Below, piece after piece: positions 1 through 12,433 of a DNA stretch of 64,000 nt (positions within the stretch are counted from its first letter, which is position 1; every line of letters begins with the position of its first letter). Source of the DNA: Gekko japonicus (lineage: Eukaryota); assembly GCF_001447785.1 (NCBI RefSeq), contig NW_015159713.1, forward strand, positions 66,773-130,772. Reading direction: 5' to 3'. The position numbers were made by a program, and so were the translations under genes. The notes under the pieces were generated by a model. The model was not told the DNA's origin. It saw nothing but the letters and a program-made list of their open reading frames with translations, and made no database searches.

Positions 1-244
1 CTGAATTTCTGCTGCCTCTCAGGGACGAAGACTGCTTTGGGACAGTCCCTGCTTTCCTGCACTTTTTGGCCTTGGGGCAGCTGGGAACTGTAGGCCAGCA
101 GATGAGGCAGCCCCATTCAACCCAGTGAATGATACCCCTGCAGGCCCCTCTTTGGAACTACAGCTCAATTAAATCTTATGGGGGAACATTTTAAACAAAG
201 AACCACAGCCATCTTACAAACACAAGTAACTGCCATTTTGTGAC

Positions 245-475
245 ACTTACCAACAGCCACTGAGGGGAAAGTTAGTCCCACACAGGAGGCAAGCAGGAGG
301 AGCGTCTTCATCAAGAGAGAAAGCCATTTGCCAGTAATTCTGATGGGGCACAGTGGCTGAAGAGGGAGTGGGTGGGGAAGAGGAGCAGACCCAGCACCCA
401 GCCAATGGCACGGGAGTACTCTTGAGCAGTGGCTGATGGGCCAATGGCTGAGAGAGTGCATGGAATGTTGCCACT
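245..475 (-). repeat. Unclassified dispersed repeat, inverted homolog of 26565-26800
   Basis: Reverse complement aligns by eye with 26565-26800; the ORF-track translations share HWPI.H.SRVL.CHWLGA and CGTNF.LSGC. Confidence 0.75.
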
Positions 476-2361
476 CAAAAACAAAATTATTATTATATAG
501 AGATATTTACTTTAACATGCTGAGACATGCACCATTTTTAGAAACAGCTGTGTGTCACAAGGCATGGTGCACAACTGGTAACTTAAAAGGTTCCATATAG
601 CATATTAGGAAATGAATTCCCATCAAGATGGAATTGCATACCTTTATCTTCAGTGTGTAGTATCAGTGAGATCACATTGGAGAAATTGTTGAATATGCCT
701 TGTATGAACATCTGTCTAACTCTTTCCAGTGATGCAAACCAATTCTTTGACTTCTGTGAAACAGGATTTTGTGCCAACATAGGCATGCAGAAGGCAAATC
801 TCTAGATACACAGAATGATCCAGTGCCATTTTCTCCAAGCAGAACAGCTGGGTTTTTTTTTTGTTTTTGTTTTAAAAAGCAGAGCTCTTCCAATATGCTC
901 AAGGCAATTGCCGGATCTAGTTGAAAAACTAAAGTGAAGATGATCCTCATATTTACATTAATTTGGAAGTAAGCCCTACCAAATTGTGGGGACTTACTTC
1001 TGTGTAAATATTCCTATGATTGAACTGAAAGAAGCCTCAGTCTCTAGAGCAGAACTGAACCACATGACCTATTAATAAATCCCATTCGAACTGATATTTT
1101 TTGAAAACAAAATCTAATATTTAAGTTGGCTCAAACTACTATAAAGCATTTACCTACAGTAAGAATTAGTCAAGGAGGAGGACTAAAAAGGGCTAATGCT
1201 TCAGCATTAATAGATGGCAATGGCTGGTGGTCTCATATTTGTTTTGAACAAAATCCTCAAAATCTTAACGTTGCAAAAACACAAGTAACATACACTTACG
1301 TAACTGGTGTCAGTTCTACTGCTGTGTTAAAATGTCATGTGTGAATCTTATATCTTTCTCCATTAGATAAGGTTAAGGACTACCAAAAATACAAGGTTTT
1401 CTCTACTTTGCTCTCTCTTAGTAAATCCTTGAGAATTTTATCTCAGTTGGGCAGAAAGCAGAAATGTGTCTTCCATTGACATGAATGGAATGAATACGGA
1501 ATCTGAACAGATCTAATAATTGTAATAAAAATGAATTATTTTTTTAAATCTGACCTGAATATGAGATAAATAAAATGTGTGTACATACCTAAAAGAAATA
1601 AACACTGTTCTATTGCAAGATGTTTGACTTACTGATTGAAAAATGGAGGCGTCAGTTTCATATCTCCTGATCTATTCTCTATCCTCCTTCTTCTCACATT
1701 CTGGAATTTGTTAAAGCTGTATGAAACACCAGGGGAATCAAATGAATGTTATTTGTTCATTCGTGTATATTTGTACCCCTGTTGAATGTAACAAATGGGG
1801 CTTTTCAGGTCTTTTTCTTCAATTTTCAGTGTTATTTTGTAACCACTGAATAATTACAGCTTGTTGTTATGCAAAACTGAGAGTTAAAGGCAGATTTGTG
1901 AATTAAATATGTATAATTTAGAAACTGGCTTCCTGCCTTTGTTTCAGCCTATGACCACTTTGTAAACAACACACCCGGCCTGGCCTTCCTTAATTCATAA
2001 GAAAATAATCCTTCACCTCCGGAGACTATTTGACTTGCTGCATTTCCTGATTTGTATGGGAATCAGCTCCTCCCTTGAAAAGCTGCAGGTGATTATGTGG
2101 AGCTACCTCTACATTCTGGTTTTGTTTCCACTTTTTAAAAGTCATATGAATCTCAAATATTTTTAGTTTACTGGGGGTGAAACATGAATGATACATGAAG
2201 GGGTGAGTAAATGGTACAAGAGTGAAATACTTCAAAATATTAGAAGGGCAATGCTGGGAAGTGATCGACGATATTATTTGCCCCCATAGACAGAAGAAAC
2301 AGTCATACAACAGTGGTTGGGAAACTACAAGGCCACTTTATTTATTTACAAAAGCAATGGC

Positions 2362-2540
2362 TTTTAGCTGCGCGATCTCCAGTGCTTGTCCCGGTCAGCG
2401 TCACTAGTTCCCTACGGATACTTGGCAGAGGGACCATGGGGACGGAGAAGCGTCTCGATTCCCCAGCATCACACTGGCGAAGAGGCGACCTCTCAGAAAT
2501 CCCTTGGCCAGGAGCCTCTTTGAAACCCAGCTTGTAGTTC
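2362..2540 (-). mobile_element. Fragment of the 5' UTR of an L1/HAL1-like element
   Basis: Reverse-complement homolog of ~50330-50495; shared core CTCCAGTGCTTGTCCCGGTCAGCRTCACTAGTTCC. Confidence 0.65.
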
Positions 2541-2544
2541 TGGC

Positions 2545-2800
2545 AGTTCTCTATCCTAGCCTCAATCAAAAGCCTGGCAGAACAGCTCCATTTTACAGGC
2601 TCTGCAGAACTGTAATAGATCCTGCAGGGCCCTGATCTCAAGTAGGAGCCAAATTACAGTCCAGGATGGGGCAGGGCCGGAAAAAGCCCTTGCTCTGGTT
2701 GAGGTTAAGTGGATGTCCCTCGGGCTAGGGATCACCAGGAACTGTTGATCAGAAAGTGTAAAGCTCTCTGGGGCTCATATAGGGAGAGGCGGCTTTGGAC
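2545..2800 (-). mobile_element. L2 LINE 3' fragment
   Basis: Minus strand encodes RLSLYEPQRAL and a TRARAFS-like L2 ORF2 C-terminal motif; similar to the L2 piece at 43500-44009. Confidence 0.65.
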
Positions 2801-4439
2801 CACTTCAGTTGGCTCCCCAGTGAGGAAGCTGATAAGATCCTGGTGGGGTGGGATCATTGATAGGGGGATGGGAACTATGGTTTTTATCTTTATTTCCTTC
2901 TCCATCGAAGCCTGTTCCCCCAATCCTCAGTCTGAAAAGTAGGTGAGAGGTATATTACACGGGAGGGTATAGAGTGGCCGTCTGAATCTGCCTCCAGCAC
3001 TTGGTGTGTATAATTGGCAAGCTGCCTGTCCCTGCATGATGTGGGAGAGGCTAAACGCTGGACTTTGACTGCAGATCTCAATGCCTTATAATTTTTGGAT
3101 ATTTTCAGTAAAATACCTACTGTTTTGATGCAATCTATAAAAGCTCTGTTTCTTTCATCAATTGTAGCGGAACAATCCCTAATGTCACTATTTTTTCCCC
3201 CTTTGTCAGGGTTTGCCAAATGTTGCTCAAATGACCGACCGTACTAATTCTGCAGAATAATCTACCTGTGCTACTTATTGCCCTGCTCTTCTGTATTGCT
3301 TGGGTGCCACTGCTAACATTTTAATCTCAAACTGCACATTTTCAAGAGCCTGGATCTTGCTACTGAAACCAGGTGTCAGGGCTGAGTTCTAATCTACCCT
3401 GGTTTCTATTAAGCCTTGGCACTAGTTTACTTTAGATGTGAACTAAAATTTATAAAGATTTACATAGTACCTTCAGGGATGCATGTGATGATAAGTGGCT
3501 CTTGGCAAGCAAAGTGTCCTGGCTGGAGCATTTTATGACATATCGGTCTAGGAAGGTATACACAAATGGTAGTCAGTGACAAAGAAAAGGACACCAAAGG
3601 GCAATATTTAAACAGGCGTGAAAAGTGAACCACTGGGGAATAAAGATTAGAATTAAATCACGGTCTGAAGATTTATTTGCAAAGGCCAAAAGCCTTATAC
3701 ATCAGGGAATGGCAGTGACTGTGATTTAATTAGGCAGCCCTCACTGGGGGTTGAAAGAGGAGCAAAGCTGTTTATTCAGGGAAGATTTTGATGGGATTGA
3801 GCAAGAGTTTCAAGCATCCTTCTTCCATTCTGCCAAAAAAAAAATGGCCTTTGGATGCAATGTTTGAAAGGTCATCCAAATTATTTCACTATTCCTGCTA
3901 GAGGTTTTGCAGCTGCAGCAATAGCATTTTACTACTGTGTGAAAATGCTACTATCTCAGAATTCATCACAGCAGGAAACCCTTTTAAGTGGTTGCCTCTT
4001 TTTATGTGTGTGTGTGCCTTAATTGTAGGGCAGTGTAAGAACATTACCATCACATTAAGAGAGCGTATGCTTTGTTTTTATGGACAGGCAAAGAGAGTAT
4101 TTTCCAGTCCGCAGTCTGTGAAAAAATAAGTCTGTTTGTGGGTTGAGACAATATGGTGTGAACATTAGCAAGATGTAATTTGTGAACATCTCAGGAGCCA
4201 TTTTGAACCATTACATTTGAAAGATGCCTAGCTATTGACTGAGTGATTGACAGAGAATATGATGGATTTCTTCTGAGAGAGGAACAGTTGATGACCTGCC
4301 CAATTATATGGCTGTGTCCTATGGCTGGGACCTGATTCTGTTCACCATGAGGCTAAATCAGTTGAAACCAGTGAACTAATGAAAGGGAAATAAACTAATA
4401 AGGCTAAAATTTTAAAACAAACAAAAAGAAATAAAAAGG

Positions 4440-4580
4440 GATTGTTGTAGGGAAGGAGAATATAAGTTGGAATGTTTTTAGATATTTTAAGATTGTTTAA
4501 ATAGTTATTGATATGTTTTATTCCTTTATGTAAGCCGCCCTGAGCTTATATAAATTCAATAAATAAATAAATAAATAAAT
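4440..4580 (+). mobile_element. L2 LINE 3' terminus
   Basis: T-rich stretch, TGTAAGCCGCCCTGAGC, then a (TAAA)n tail. Confidence 0.6.
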
Positions 4581-4692
4581 GTTTTGTTGGCATTCATAGC
4601 ACAATGCATTTCCCTTTCAAAGGGGTATATGAGCAATTCTACTCTGAATTGCACAGCGGGGATCAGTCAACCCCTGAAGAAAATTCATTACC

Positions 4693-4754
4693 AATATCTT
4701 TTCAAAAGTTAAATATCTTTTCAAAAGTTAAATATCTTTTCAAAAGTTAAATAT
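4693..4754. repeat. 19-bp tandem repeat, about 3.2 copies
   Basis: AATATCTTTTCAAAAGTTA at 4693, 4712 and 4731. Confidence 0.95.
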
Positions 4755-5370
4755 TGTCATTACCATAATCCCACAGACTCTAACGAACAGGTTTCTCTGA
4801 CACCTTGGCATCAACCATCAAAACCCTGAAACGTGCTCGCTTGAATGGCACAGATATGCTAATGGGGGGGAAGGAGGAATCTTCCTATTTACCCAGCTGA
4901 AAATTGAATGCTAAGAAAATGAATAAGAAAAAATCCCCACTGCAGATGTACTACCTTGGAAAATATGTTTAGTTCCTTTGCAACAACTTAGTAATAATCA
5001 CTGCATATTTGTGATGCAACATGATAATCTATAAAATTTCTATAAAGTTCTCTTCATCAGTTAACACGAATTTATAAGACTTTAATTTTAATTTAAACCC
5101 ATTACAATAAAAAAGATGACTAATCCTTTGGACTGAAAATAAATGATCTTCTTTTTACAAAGAAATGATTTACTGAAGAACTTTGACTATACCATCACTG
5201 AAATTGTCCAAATGATTAAGTCATTTCCCTTTGTCTGGCAAAACTGTATGTAAGAATGCTGGAAAACCCTTGCTATAGTATATTCTGTCTATGCAGCTAT
5301 TAACTTGTGGCTTGAATATGTGTAAAGGGCATTAAGCCTTTCCCTGACCTTTTTATACACTGGTAACAGG

Positions 5371-5760
5371 TAGAGGAACTAGAGATCAAATTGCCAACAT
5401 TCACTGGATTATGGAGAAAGCAAGAGAGTACCAGAAAAACATCTGCTTCTGTTTCATTGACTATGCTAAAGCCTTTGACTGTGTGGATCACAACAAACTA
5501 TGGCAGGTCCTTAAAGAGACAGGAGTACCTGACCACCTCACATGTCTCTTGAGAAACCTGTATAAGGGTCAAGAAGCGACAGTTAGAGCCGGATATGGAA
5601 CAACTGATTGGTTTAGCATAGGAAAAGGAGTACGACAAGGATGTATATTGTCACCTTGCTTATTTAATATATATGCATCATGTGAAATGCTGGCCTGGAT
5701 GATCTTGTCCATGGGGTCGCAAAGAGTCGGACTCGACTGTGTGACTGAACAACAACAACA
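5371..5760 (+). mobile_element. BovB (RTE) LINE fragment: RT segment joined directly to the 3' tail
   Basis: MEKAREYQKNICFCFIDYAKAFDCVDHNKLW...GVRQGCILSPCLFNIY, then GTCCATGGGGTCGCAAAGAGTCGGAC...(CAA)n; possible TSD AACAGG at 5365-5370 and 5760-5765. Confidence 0.95.
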
Positions 5761-6765
5761 ACAGGGGCCAAATGAAGGCTTTAATGCAGTGGGATTCATG
5801 GCCTGTGTATCTGCAAAAGCACTGATTCCCCACCCCCCAATGACAAATGTACCACTGCCCAGATGATGTACGAGTTCCAAGACCAGGTAGAGAGATTAAG
5901 TCAGTCAGCTGGTTGATGCCAAGAGGTCCCATCTAGCAAAGGAATAGGCCCAAGTGAGATGAAGAAGGTTTTGTAGAGGAGTTGTCCCAATAAGTCTACA
6001 AGAGATCATCCAGGAAGGAGTATTAATTCGGGTGATACACCCTGTGATTGGACAAGAGAATACATTCACAGTAGGAAAAGCTACTGCCTACATCTGTGTC
6101 TCTTGAAGAGGTCATATAAATGCGCCATAATAATATTTTAAAATATGTGTTTACCATTACATTAAAATATCTGTTGTAGCAAAGAATGTAGTATACTTCA
6201 CCGACCTCCCATTGGTGCTTCCCAAGGGTTCAGAATAGAAAAAGTTGGCCATTTATCTTCTCCCACAGAATCAGAGAGAAGAGTATCCATCCAAGCTCTT
6301 TGGTTGTTCATGCAGGCTAAGCTGAGAGGAAGAGAGTCATAACTAAAAGATAATAGCATCTGTCTCTCTCTCTCAGCAATGGATAAAGGGGTCAGAAAGA
6401 GTTGTGTGACTCAGTGTCCTTTCCTCCTCCAGTACCATAAGTGCAATTTATGTGCAGCCGTAAGATTCAAAGTACATCTCGCTTGACTTGCCTAAGTGAT
6501 GATGCACAAAACAGTCTATTGCAGTCTTCCTAGAGAAGTCTGGCATCCCAGTTATTGTAGTTTAAAATATTTTATTAAAGCTGCAAGGATCACAGAGGAA
6601 GAAGAGTATATTCAGTTATCCATTCAGTCACAAAATAATTCTCCTCTTAATGGATTAGCAATGTGCAATGTTACTTATACAACAAAGTGAAATGAGGAAT
6701 GATTTCCTTAAAGGACTTCTTAGTGCTATCAACCTGCTCCAAGGTTTTACAAAAAAGTATCTTTG

Positions 6766-7182
6766 GGCCCCAGTCACACGAGAGGTTTTGGGCTGGGAGA
6801 GGGACGGATCGGGGGTGGAGCAAACGGGCGTGATCCCAACGCATCATCTGGGAAGCGTTGCACACCTGTCCCCAATCCGGCCCTTCCACCCAAAACGCTG
6901 TGGCAAAAATAAACCACCTACCGAGGTGGTTCTTCCGGCAAGTCCACATCAAGGCCGGCTGTGGGATCGCCGGCGAGTCCTTCCGCTGGCACATCCCTGG
7001 CTCCTGGCCGAACTGCGCATGCTCAGACATGCGCATTTTGGCAGCCTCCTCCTCCCAACCGTGGCTTCCTCCCCAGCATCTGATCGTGCCGGGGAGCAAT
7101 GGCGCCACGGTGTCTCTATTTTGGTGTGACTCTGATTAGCTGCACTTTGCCCGCGTTTTTTTTCTGCCGTGTGGCAGGGACC
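6766..7182. mobile_element. PIF/Harbinger-like MITE, CpG-rich
   Basis: Imperfect TIRs GGCCCCAGTCACACG and CGTGTGGCAGGGACC; 3-bp direct repeat TTG on both sides. Confidence 0.75.
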
Positions 7183-7539
7183 TTGGATAAGTTTGCCAAG
7201 GAAAGAGATGGTCTTAATACTATAATTCCTGTGCATTTTTTAAAAGATGGGAAAATAGACCCACAATTGCAGTGTTAGGCAGAACAGGAGCAGCAGCAGC
7301 AGCAAGCTGGTTAAAGTACGCTGCTTTCAGACCATGACCAGAATCTTGAGGTCGACTGGGGGAGAAGAACAATAAATACACTATAAGCTGGAAGAGCTGT
7401 GAATTTTTAAACCAACAAATGTTGAGTACAAAGGAGTGAGAATGGTTCAAAAGCCAATAAACCTTTTACAAAAATTAATTCAGGGGGTCGCTGATCAGAA
7501 GCTGGGGTGCCATTTGGCTTCCCAAAGGGCACTTCTGTC

Positions 7540-7730
7540 AAAGTGCTACATCTCCAAAAAAGAGCTTTGTACGTATTAGGTCCTGGGTTCAATCCCAGTT
7601 TTAGAATGTCAGGATGTAAGCCTGAGGAAAAGCTTTGTCTGAGAACTTGGAGGACTGTGGCCAGTTAGAGTAGACAGAACAGGTCCAGATGGGCCACTGT
7701 CTGACCCAATGGAAAAGAGGTTTTATATAT
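7540..7730 (+). mobile_element. Degenerate tRNA-derived SINE with CR1-like tail
   Basis: B-box GGTTCAATCCC; body similar to 22942-23140 and 56740-57050. Confidence 0.6.
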
Positions 7731-10700
7731 TCTTAGCACTGTTACTTGAAATGTATATACAATCTAGTATGGTTTGTTTACATTTACATTCTAGAACACT
7801 GTGTATTCCAGTGGCAACTTAAGCTCTAAAAGGAAATTGTGTAAACCAATGGTAAAAAAACCTCCCTCTGGCTTAAATAAGAGTGTATCTATAAAACTAC
7901 CACTGATTACTTTCATGCTGTGTTCTGATGCTAAATTTCACTCCAGTTTAATTACCCCATGATGAATAACTAGGTTCCTATATAGTTGAGGCTGAGTACT
8001 GGGTAGTAACATACCTGTAAGTATTGGTGGGATTTGGCCTTTGAGCAAGAAATTACCAGCAGTGTTATGTTTTTGGATCAAGCAGTCACAGGTAGCAAAT
8101 TAGTGGTCCCTGTGGTCTTTTTGTCTTCCATAAATACCATGGAAACTGTGGGGTTGCTTGTTATTCATTGGTTTGCAGATGTACAAAGCAATGCCAGGCC
8201 ATTTTTCCTAGGATGTTAACGTTAATGAGCTTCTCATAAACCATTCAGGCAGCATTACAGATATAATTAAAAGAGTCTAAACTGAAATGTGGTATTCTGC
8301 TTTCTTTTCAGACATAGCCTCTCAACGGTATGTTTAGATATTGATTGTGAAAACAAAAACAAAAAAACTCCTTCAGTTTTGTCTCATGCAGATACAGCTG
8401 CTGCATAGGGGTAAAATACAAACTGTGTGCTGACAGTCACTAGTGACAGATTCTCTCTGTTTCTTTCTTCCTCTGGGGCTAGATTTAAATATGGTGCTGG
8501 TGGGCAAGAAGAACTTACAATCTTGCCCGGCATTTCTTTAAAACGACACTGATAACATGCCATGCTGCTGACATGCAAGGCATGTGACACTAGGACACCA
8601 GTGCAGTGTTTTTGCAGGCTCTGGATCTCTGGTGTTACAATTCATAAAGTAGCTGATACTCGAGTTTCAGTGAGGCACTGGGAATGTGAGAAATGGCAAA
8701 CTTCCAGTGCAATCCTAAGAATCTTTCTCTGGAAAAAAGCTGCATGGTATAGACCTGAGGAGGATTCTTGAGCAGACCAGTTTAGGATGGCACTGTTACC
8801 TGCCAGTATTCCATATAAATGACGTCCCACTTTTGCTTCTTCCCTTTGTCTCTCCTTTACACACCTGTTTCACTGTATCTGTGTAGAGAAATGGTGAGAG
8901 CTGAATAGTTCTAGATTATAGTATATTGGAGAAAGTTGCACTAGCACATGAAATTCTGGGAATTATGCATTGGGTTAACTTCTCTAGAGTTGCCAGTTTT
9001 CTCTATTAATTTTGAACAGTTAAATTATTACTGTGTTCTGGCTGTGGATTAATGGATGTAGTTGCCAGCTGTGTTTTTTTGGCTTTTAGAGCAATAACAT
9101 TTTAGTTCGGACTAGCTCATGTGAACAAGGAAATCAAAATATCCAGAGGTTTTATCCTTTCTAGTAAAAACAAAGTCCCCGAGTGAAGCAGCAGGCAGAA
9201 AGGAATTTGATGGCTTTGGAGTCAAAGAAAACCACATATCATGACAAAGGAGAAATTCTGAATCCCGTCCTCTGTTGATAGCCCAAGATTGGGAAGCTGA
9301 GGGGCCAGTATACTGGATTCTAGCTGATCATCTATATCTGGCCTCTCAGAGACTGCCTCCTCCTTCAGTACCTCTGCCACTGGCTGTGAGTTTGTGTCAG
9401 GAATGCTGACTCCCTCTTCCTCAGAGGGGTCCTGTCCATCCCTTTGCTCTGCTGGGCTTGGCTGATGCATGACAGATGCCTACACAGAGGAAGTATCTGT
9501 GAGTATGCTCCCTCCCCATGGTTGGCTACACTGCTTTCCAAATGTTGCCAGTTACAGGGAGGGAGTATACACATGGATGATTCCACCACACATAAGGACC
9601 ACGTTCATGTGCCAGCAATCACATACAGGGCAGGGCACGGCCAGTATGCTCATGCCTGCCCTTCTTTTCCATGCATTCAGTTAACATGGCAGCTAGTCAT
9701 GTAGTAGGGTTATTTGAATTTGTAAAAATAGTATGGGGGTTAATTCAGCACCGTGGTCCTAATCTAAACAGCCCCCCCCCACAGCTGGTATTGATGAAGG
9801 AAATTGTTCCCGGTAATGGGTCTTCCTATGTCACATCTGCTTTGGTCCTTAACAGAGGTATGTAGGACAGGTACTTGACTGAGGCCCTATTTTGGGTCCC
9901 TATAGCTCTGGCCAACCTGATTATATCATAACGTGAAAAGGAAGGATTAAGACTGAAATAATTTGTTTACTTTAGTTATCTAAATTTTATTTTTTCCTGA
10001 ATTTTCTTTTTAATATCAAAAGTTGCCTTTTTGATTAAGTGGATTTTTTAAAATCAAAAATCAAGCAACCTTAAGAATACTTTCAAAGGAATTCCAGAGG
10101 AGGGCTATTTTCCAATGCAGCCTTCAGAAGAAAAAGCTTTGCAGGCATTTGCCAAATTAGTATCAAAGGAAACTGTTTGGGAAAGTTCACCAAACTCAAG
10201 AAGAGCCTTAGCTCATCTGCCTCCCCTTAAATATCTGTTTACATCTTCTCAAGTCCCTAGGTAATAAATTTGGGCATAAGCAAGGGAGGGCATCTATGAT
10301 GACTACCAGTGGGAACAGACAGGATGAGTCTTTCCCTCTTGTTCATCCTTTTGAACTATCTCTGGGTTTAATGGATGTAAGCTTTAAGGTGTCCCTGCTG
10401 TGTCTCACTGAGGGACTTCACAATTCATTTCACCAGGCTCCTCAACTCTCTTGGGTTTGCTAGGGAGCACCGCAGTCTTTCAAGGTCATACTGAGAAACA
10501 GGCCAAAAGGGGTGTTGCTCCATCAATTATGAAAACACAGTGGAAAATGTATGAGTAGGGTAGACACGAAATTCTTTATATGCACAGTGTAAAAAGAGTT
10601 AAATATATACAGAAAGTGGATGCACCTCCTCCAACACACACACTCTCTCTCACACACACACATATGCACTGTGCTGCTGTTCAACAGAGAAACTGAAATA

Positions 10701-11611
10701 ATGATCAGTTTCTGTAAAAACCACAAAACCACTTCAGAACTCAAGAGAAAACAAAGGCCCAGTGTTTGTTTACACTGACTGTGCTCTTCTATGGAAACCC
10801 AGGTATCCTGTAAATCCAGGCTGAGGTCAGTGATTCAGAAGGGCCTTCTGATACAAACACAATGCAAGAGTTTTAAAAGGAAGGCATCGTCAGCAGCTAT
10901 CCTATAAGGGTCATCTGAAAAAGTCATCACATTTTTCTAAGGCTAGGTTACTAAACAAAGGGATACTTAACTGAACTGAGGAGAAATTTTCTGCACATGC
11001 TAGTATAGATTTTGGGTTTGCCTAGAGACAAGGCCTCCAATCCCTACTTTTTAAAATATCCCCCAGTATTTACAGGGAGCTCACTTTCTCTGCAAGTTTT
11101 TGTAGGATAGACCTGGACCAGTTCCTCTTTTGATGTTTAGTGGTATGTCTTACCAAAGAATCAGACATATCTCTGTCAAAATCTATTCATGCCATAAATG
11201 TGAAAACTAGGGTATAAGGGAATGTCAGAGAAACTCAGAAAGTAGCTAAAGACACTTGAAAATATTTCAAATAATTTCAAAATGCCCAAACCTGAAGAGT
11301 AGAATAGTTTACTTGCAGCTTGTTGCAATGTGTGAATGCCCCCAACGCGGAAATACTGATGTAGCCACAGCCTTCTCTTCTGCTGCAAGATCTGTTTAAT
11401 TATGGTCCATATAGACCAGCAACCTGTTTCACACAGTGGCCAACTGGTCGCCTGGCCCGGAGTTGACAACCCTAATTTCTACATGCACTGGCAGTGATTT
11501 CCACAATTGGAAAGAGGTAAAGCTCGTCTGTCATTTTTATTTCCCCTTCCCTTTGAGTCTGAGCTCTGCTTGAGCTCTCTAAACAGACAGCCAGGATTAG
11601 GACTATGATTC

Positions 11612-11892
11612 AACGTGGTGTAGTGGTTAAGAGTGGTGGACTCTAACCTGAAGAACTGGGTTTGATTTCCCACTCCTCCACATGAAGCCTGCTGGGTCAC
11701 CTTGGGCCTGTCACAGTTCTCTTAGAACTCTCTGAGCCCCACGTACCTCACAGGGTGCCTGTTGTGCTAAGGGATAGGGAATGTGATTGTAAGCTGTTTT
11801 GGTAGAGAAAAGCAGGATATAAGCAGGTAAAGAAAAGCAAGATATAAGTAGGCAGAGAAAAGCAGGATATAAAAGCCTACTTTCCTTCTTCA
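11612..11892 (+). mobile_element. Squam3-like CORE SINE
   Basis: GTGGTGTAGTGGTTAAGAG head, GGGTTTGATTTCCCACTCCTCCACATGAAGCC, and TACCTCACAGGGTG CORE motif. Confidence 0.85.
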
Positions 11893-11974
11893 AATTGAAA
11901 CAAAGGGTTTTTTTAAATTCTATTTGTTTCCTTTCAAAACAAATGGCAAATAATGGGCTTTTTTCATTTGTTCT

Positions 11975-12264
11975 CTACAAATGCATAGCCTAGAACAGTG
12001 CCTGTTGAGACATTTCTACACTGATGGTGTGACTACAAATGCATAGCCTAGAACAGTGCCTGTTGAGACATTTCTACACTGATGGTGTGACTACAAATGC
12101 ATAGCCTAGAACAGTGCCTGTTGAGACATTTCTACACTGATGGTGTGACTACAAATGCATAGCCTAGAACAGTGCCTGTTGAGACATTTCTACACTGATG
12201 GTGTGACTACAAATGCATAGCCTAGAACAGTGCCTGTTGAGACATTTCTACACTGATGGTGTGA
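11975..12264. repeat. Minisatellite of five perfect 58-bp units
   Basis: CTACAAATGCATAGCCTAGAACAGTGCCTGTTGAGACATTTCTACACTGATGGTGTGA at 11975, 12033, 12091, 12149 and 12207. Confidence 0.97.
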
Positions 12265-12433
12265 TGCCAGGAAACATTTACAGCCCTTGAATCTATGTTA
12301 TCAAGTTAGCATAGATACAGAATCAATTTACATTTTTTTTAAAAAAAAACCAAACAAACCTGTTGTCTATAATGAAATAGCTCTGTATACTTGCAACTCT
12401 ATTTCCCATGCTTAACCAAGGACACTTACTTAA

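Larger units (their letters stand above)
642..10490 (-). pseudogene. Cluster of candidate decayed exons of an unidentified gene (642-753, 1300-1512, 1633-1716, 2017-2170, ~3117-3249, 3471-3547, 4764-4858, 4955-5028, 6492-6580, 8015-8207, 8519-8878, 9032-9160, ~10081-10490)
   Basis: AG...GT (one GC) bounded segments in unique DNA, several with polypyrimidine tracts. 8519-8878 plus 8015-8207 join in phase to give 184 codons with 3 stops. The frame of the smaller segments is ambiguous and splice motifs of this strength can occur by chance. Confidence 0.3.

Noticed and set aside
8015-8207. Tubulin-tyrosine-ligase-like motif (YICKP...CLIQKH...FLLKG)
   Set aside because: Lacks the GxGI and KFDLR motifs; the resemblance is too weak to name.
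11975-12264. CRISPR-like array
   Set aside because: Contiguous identical units with no spacers, in eukaryotic DNA.
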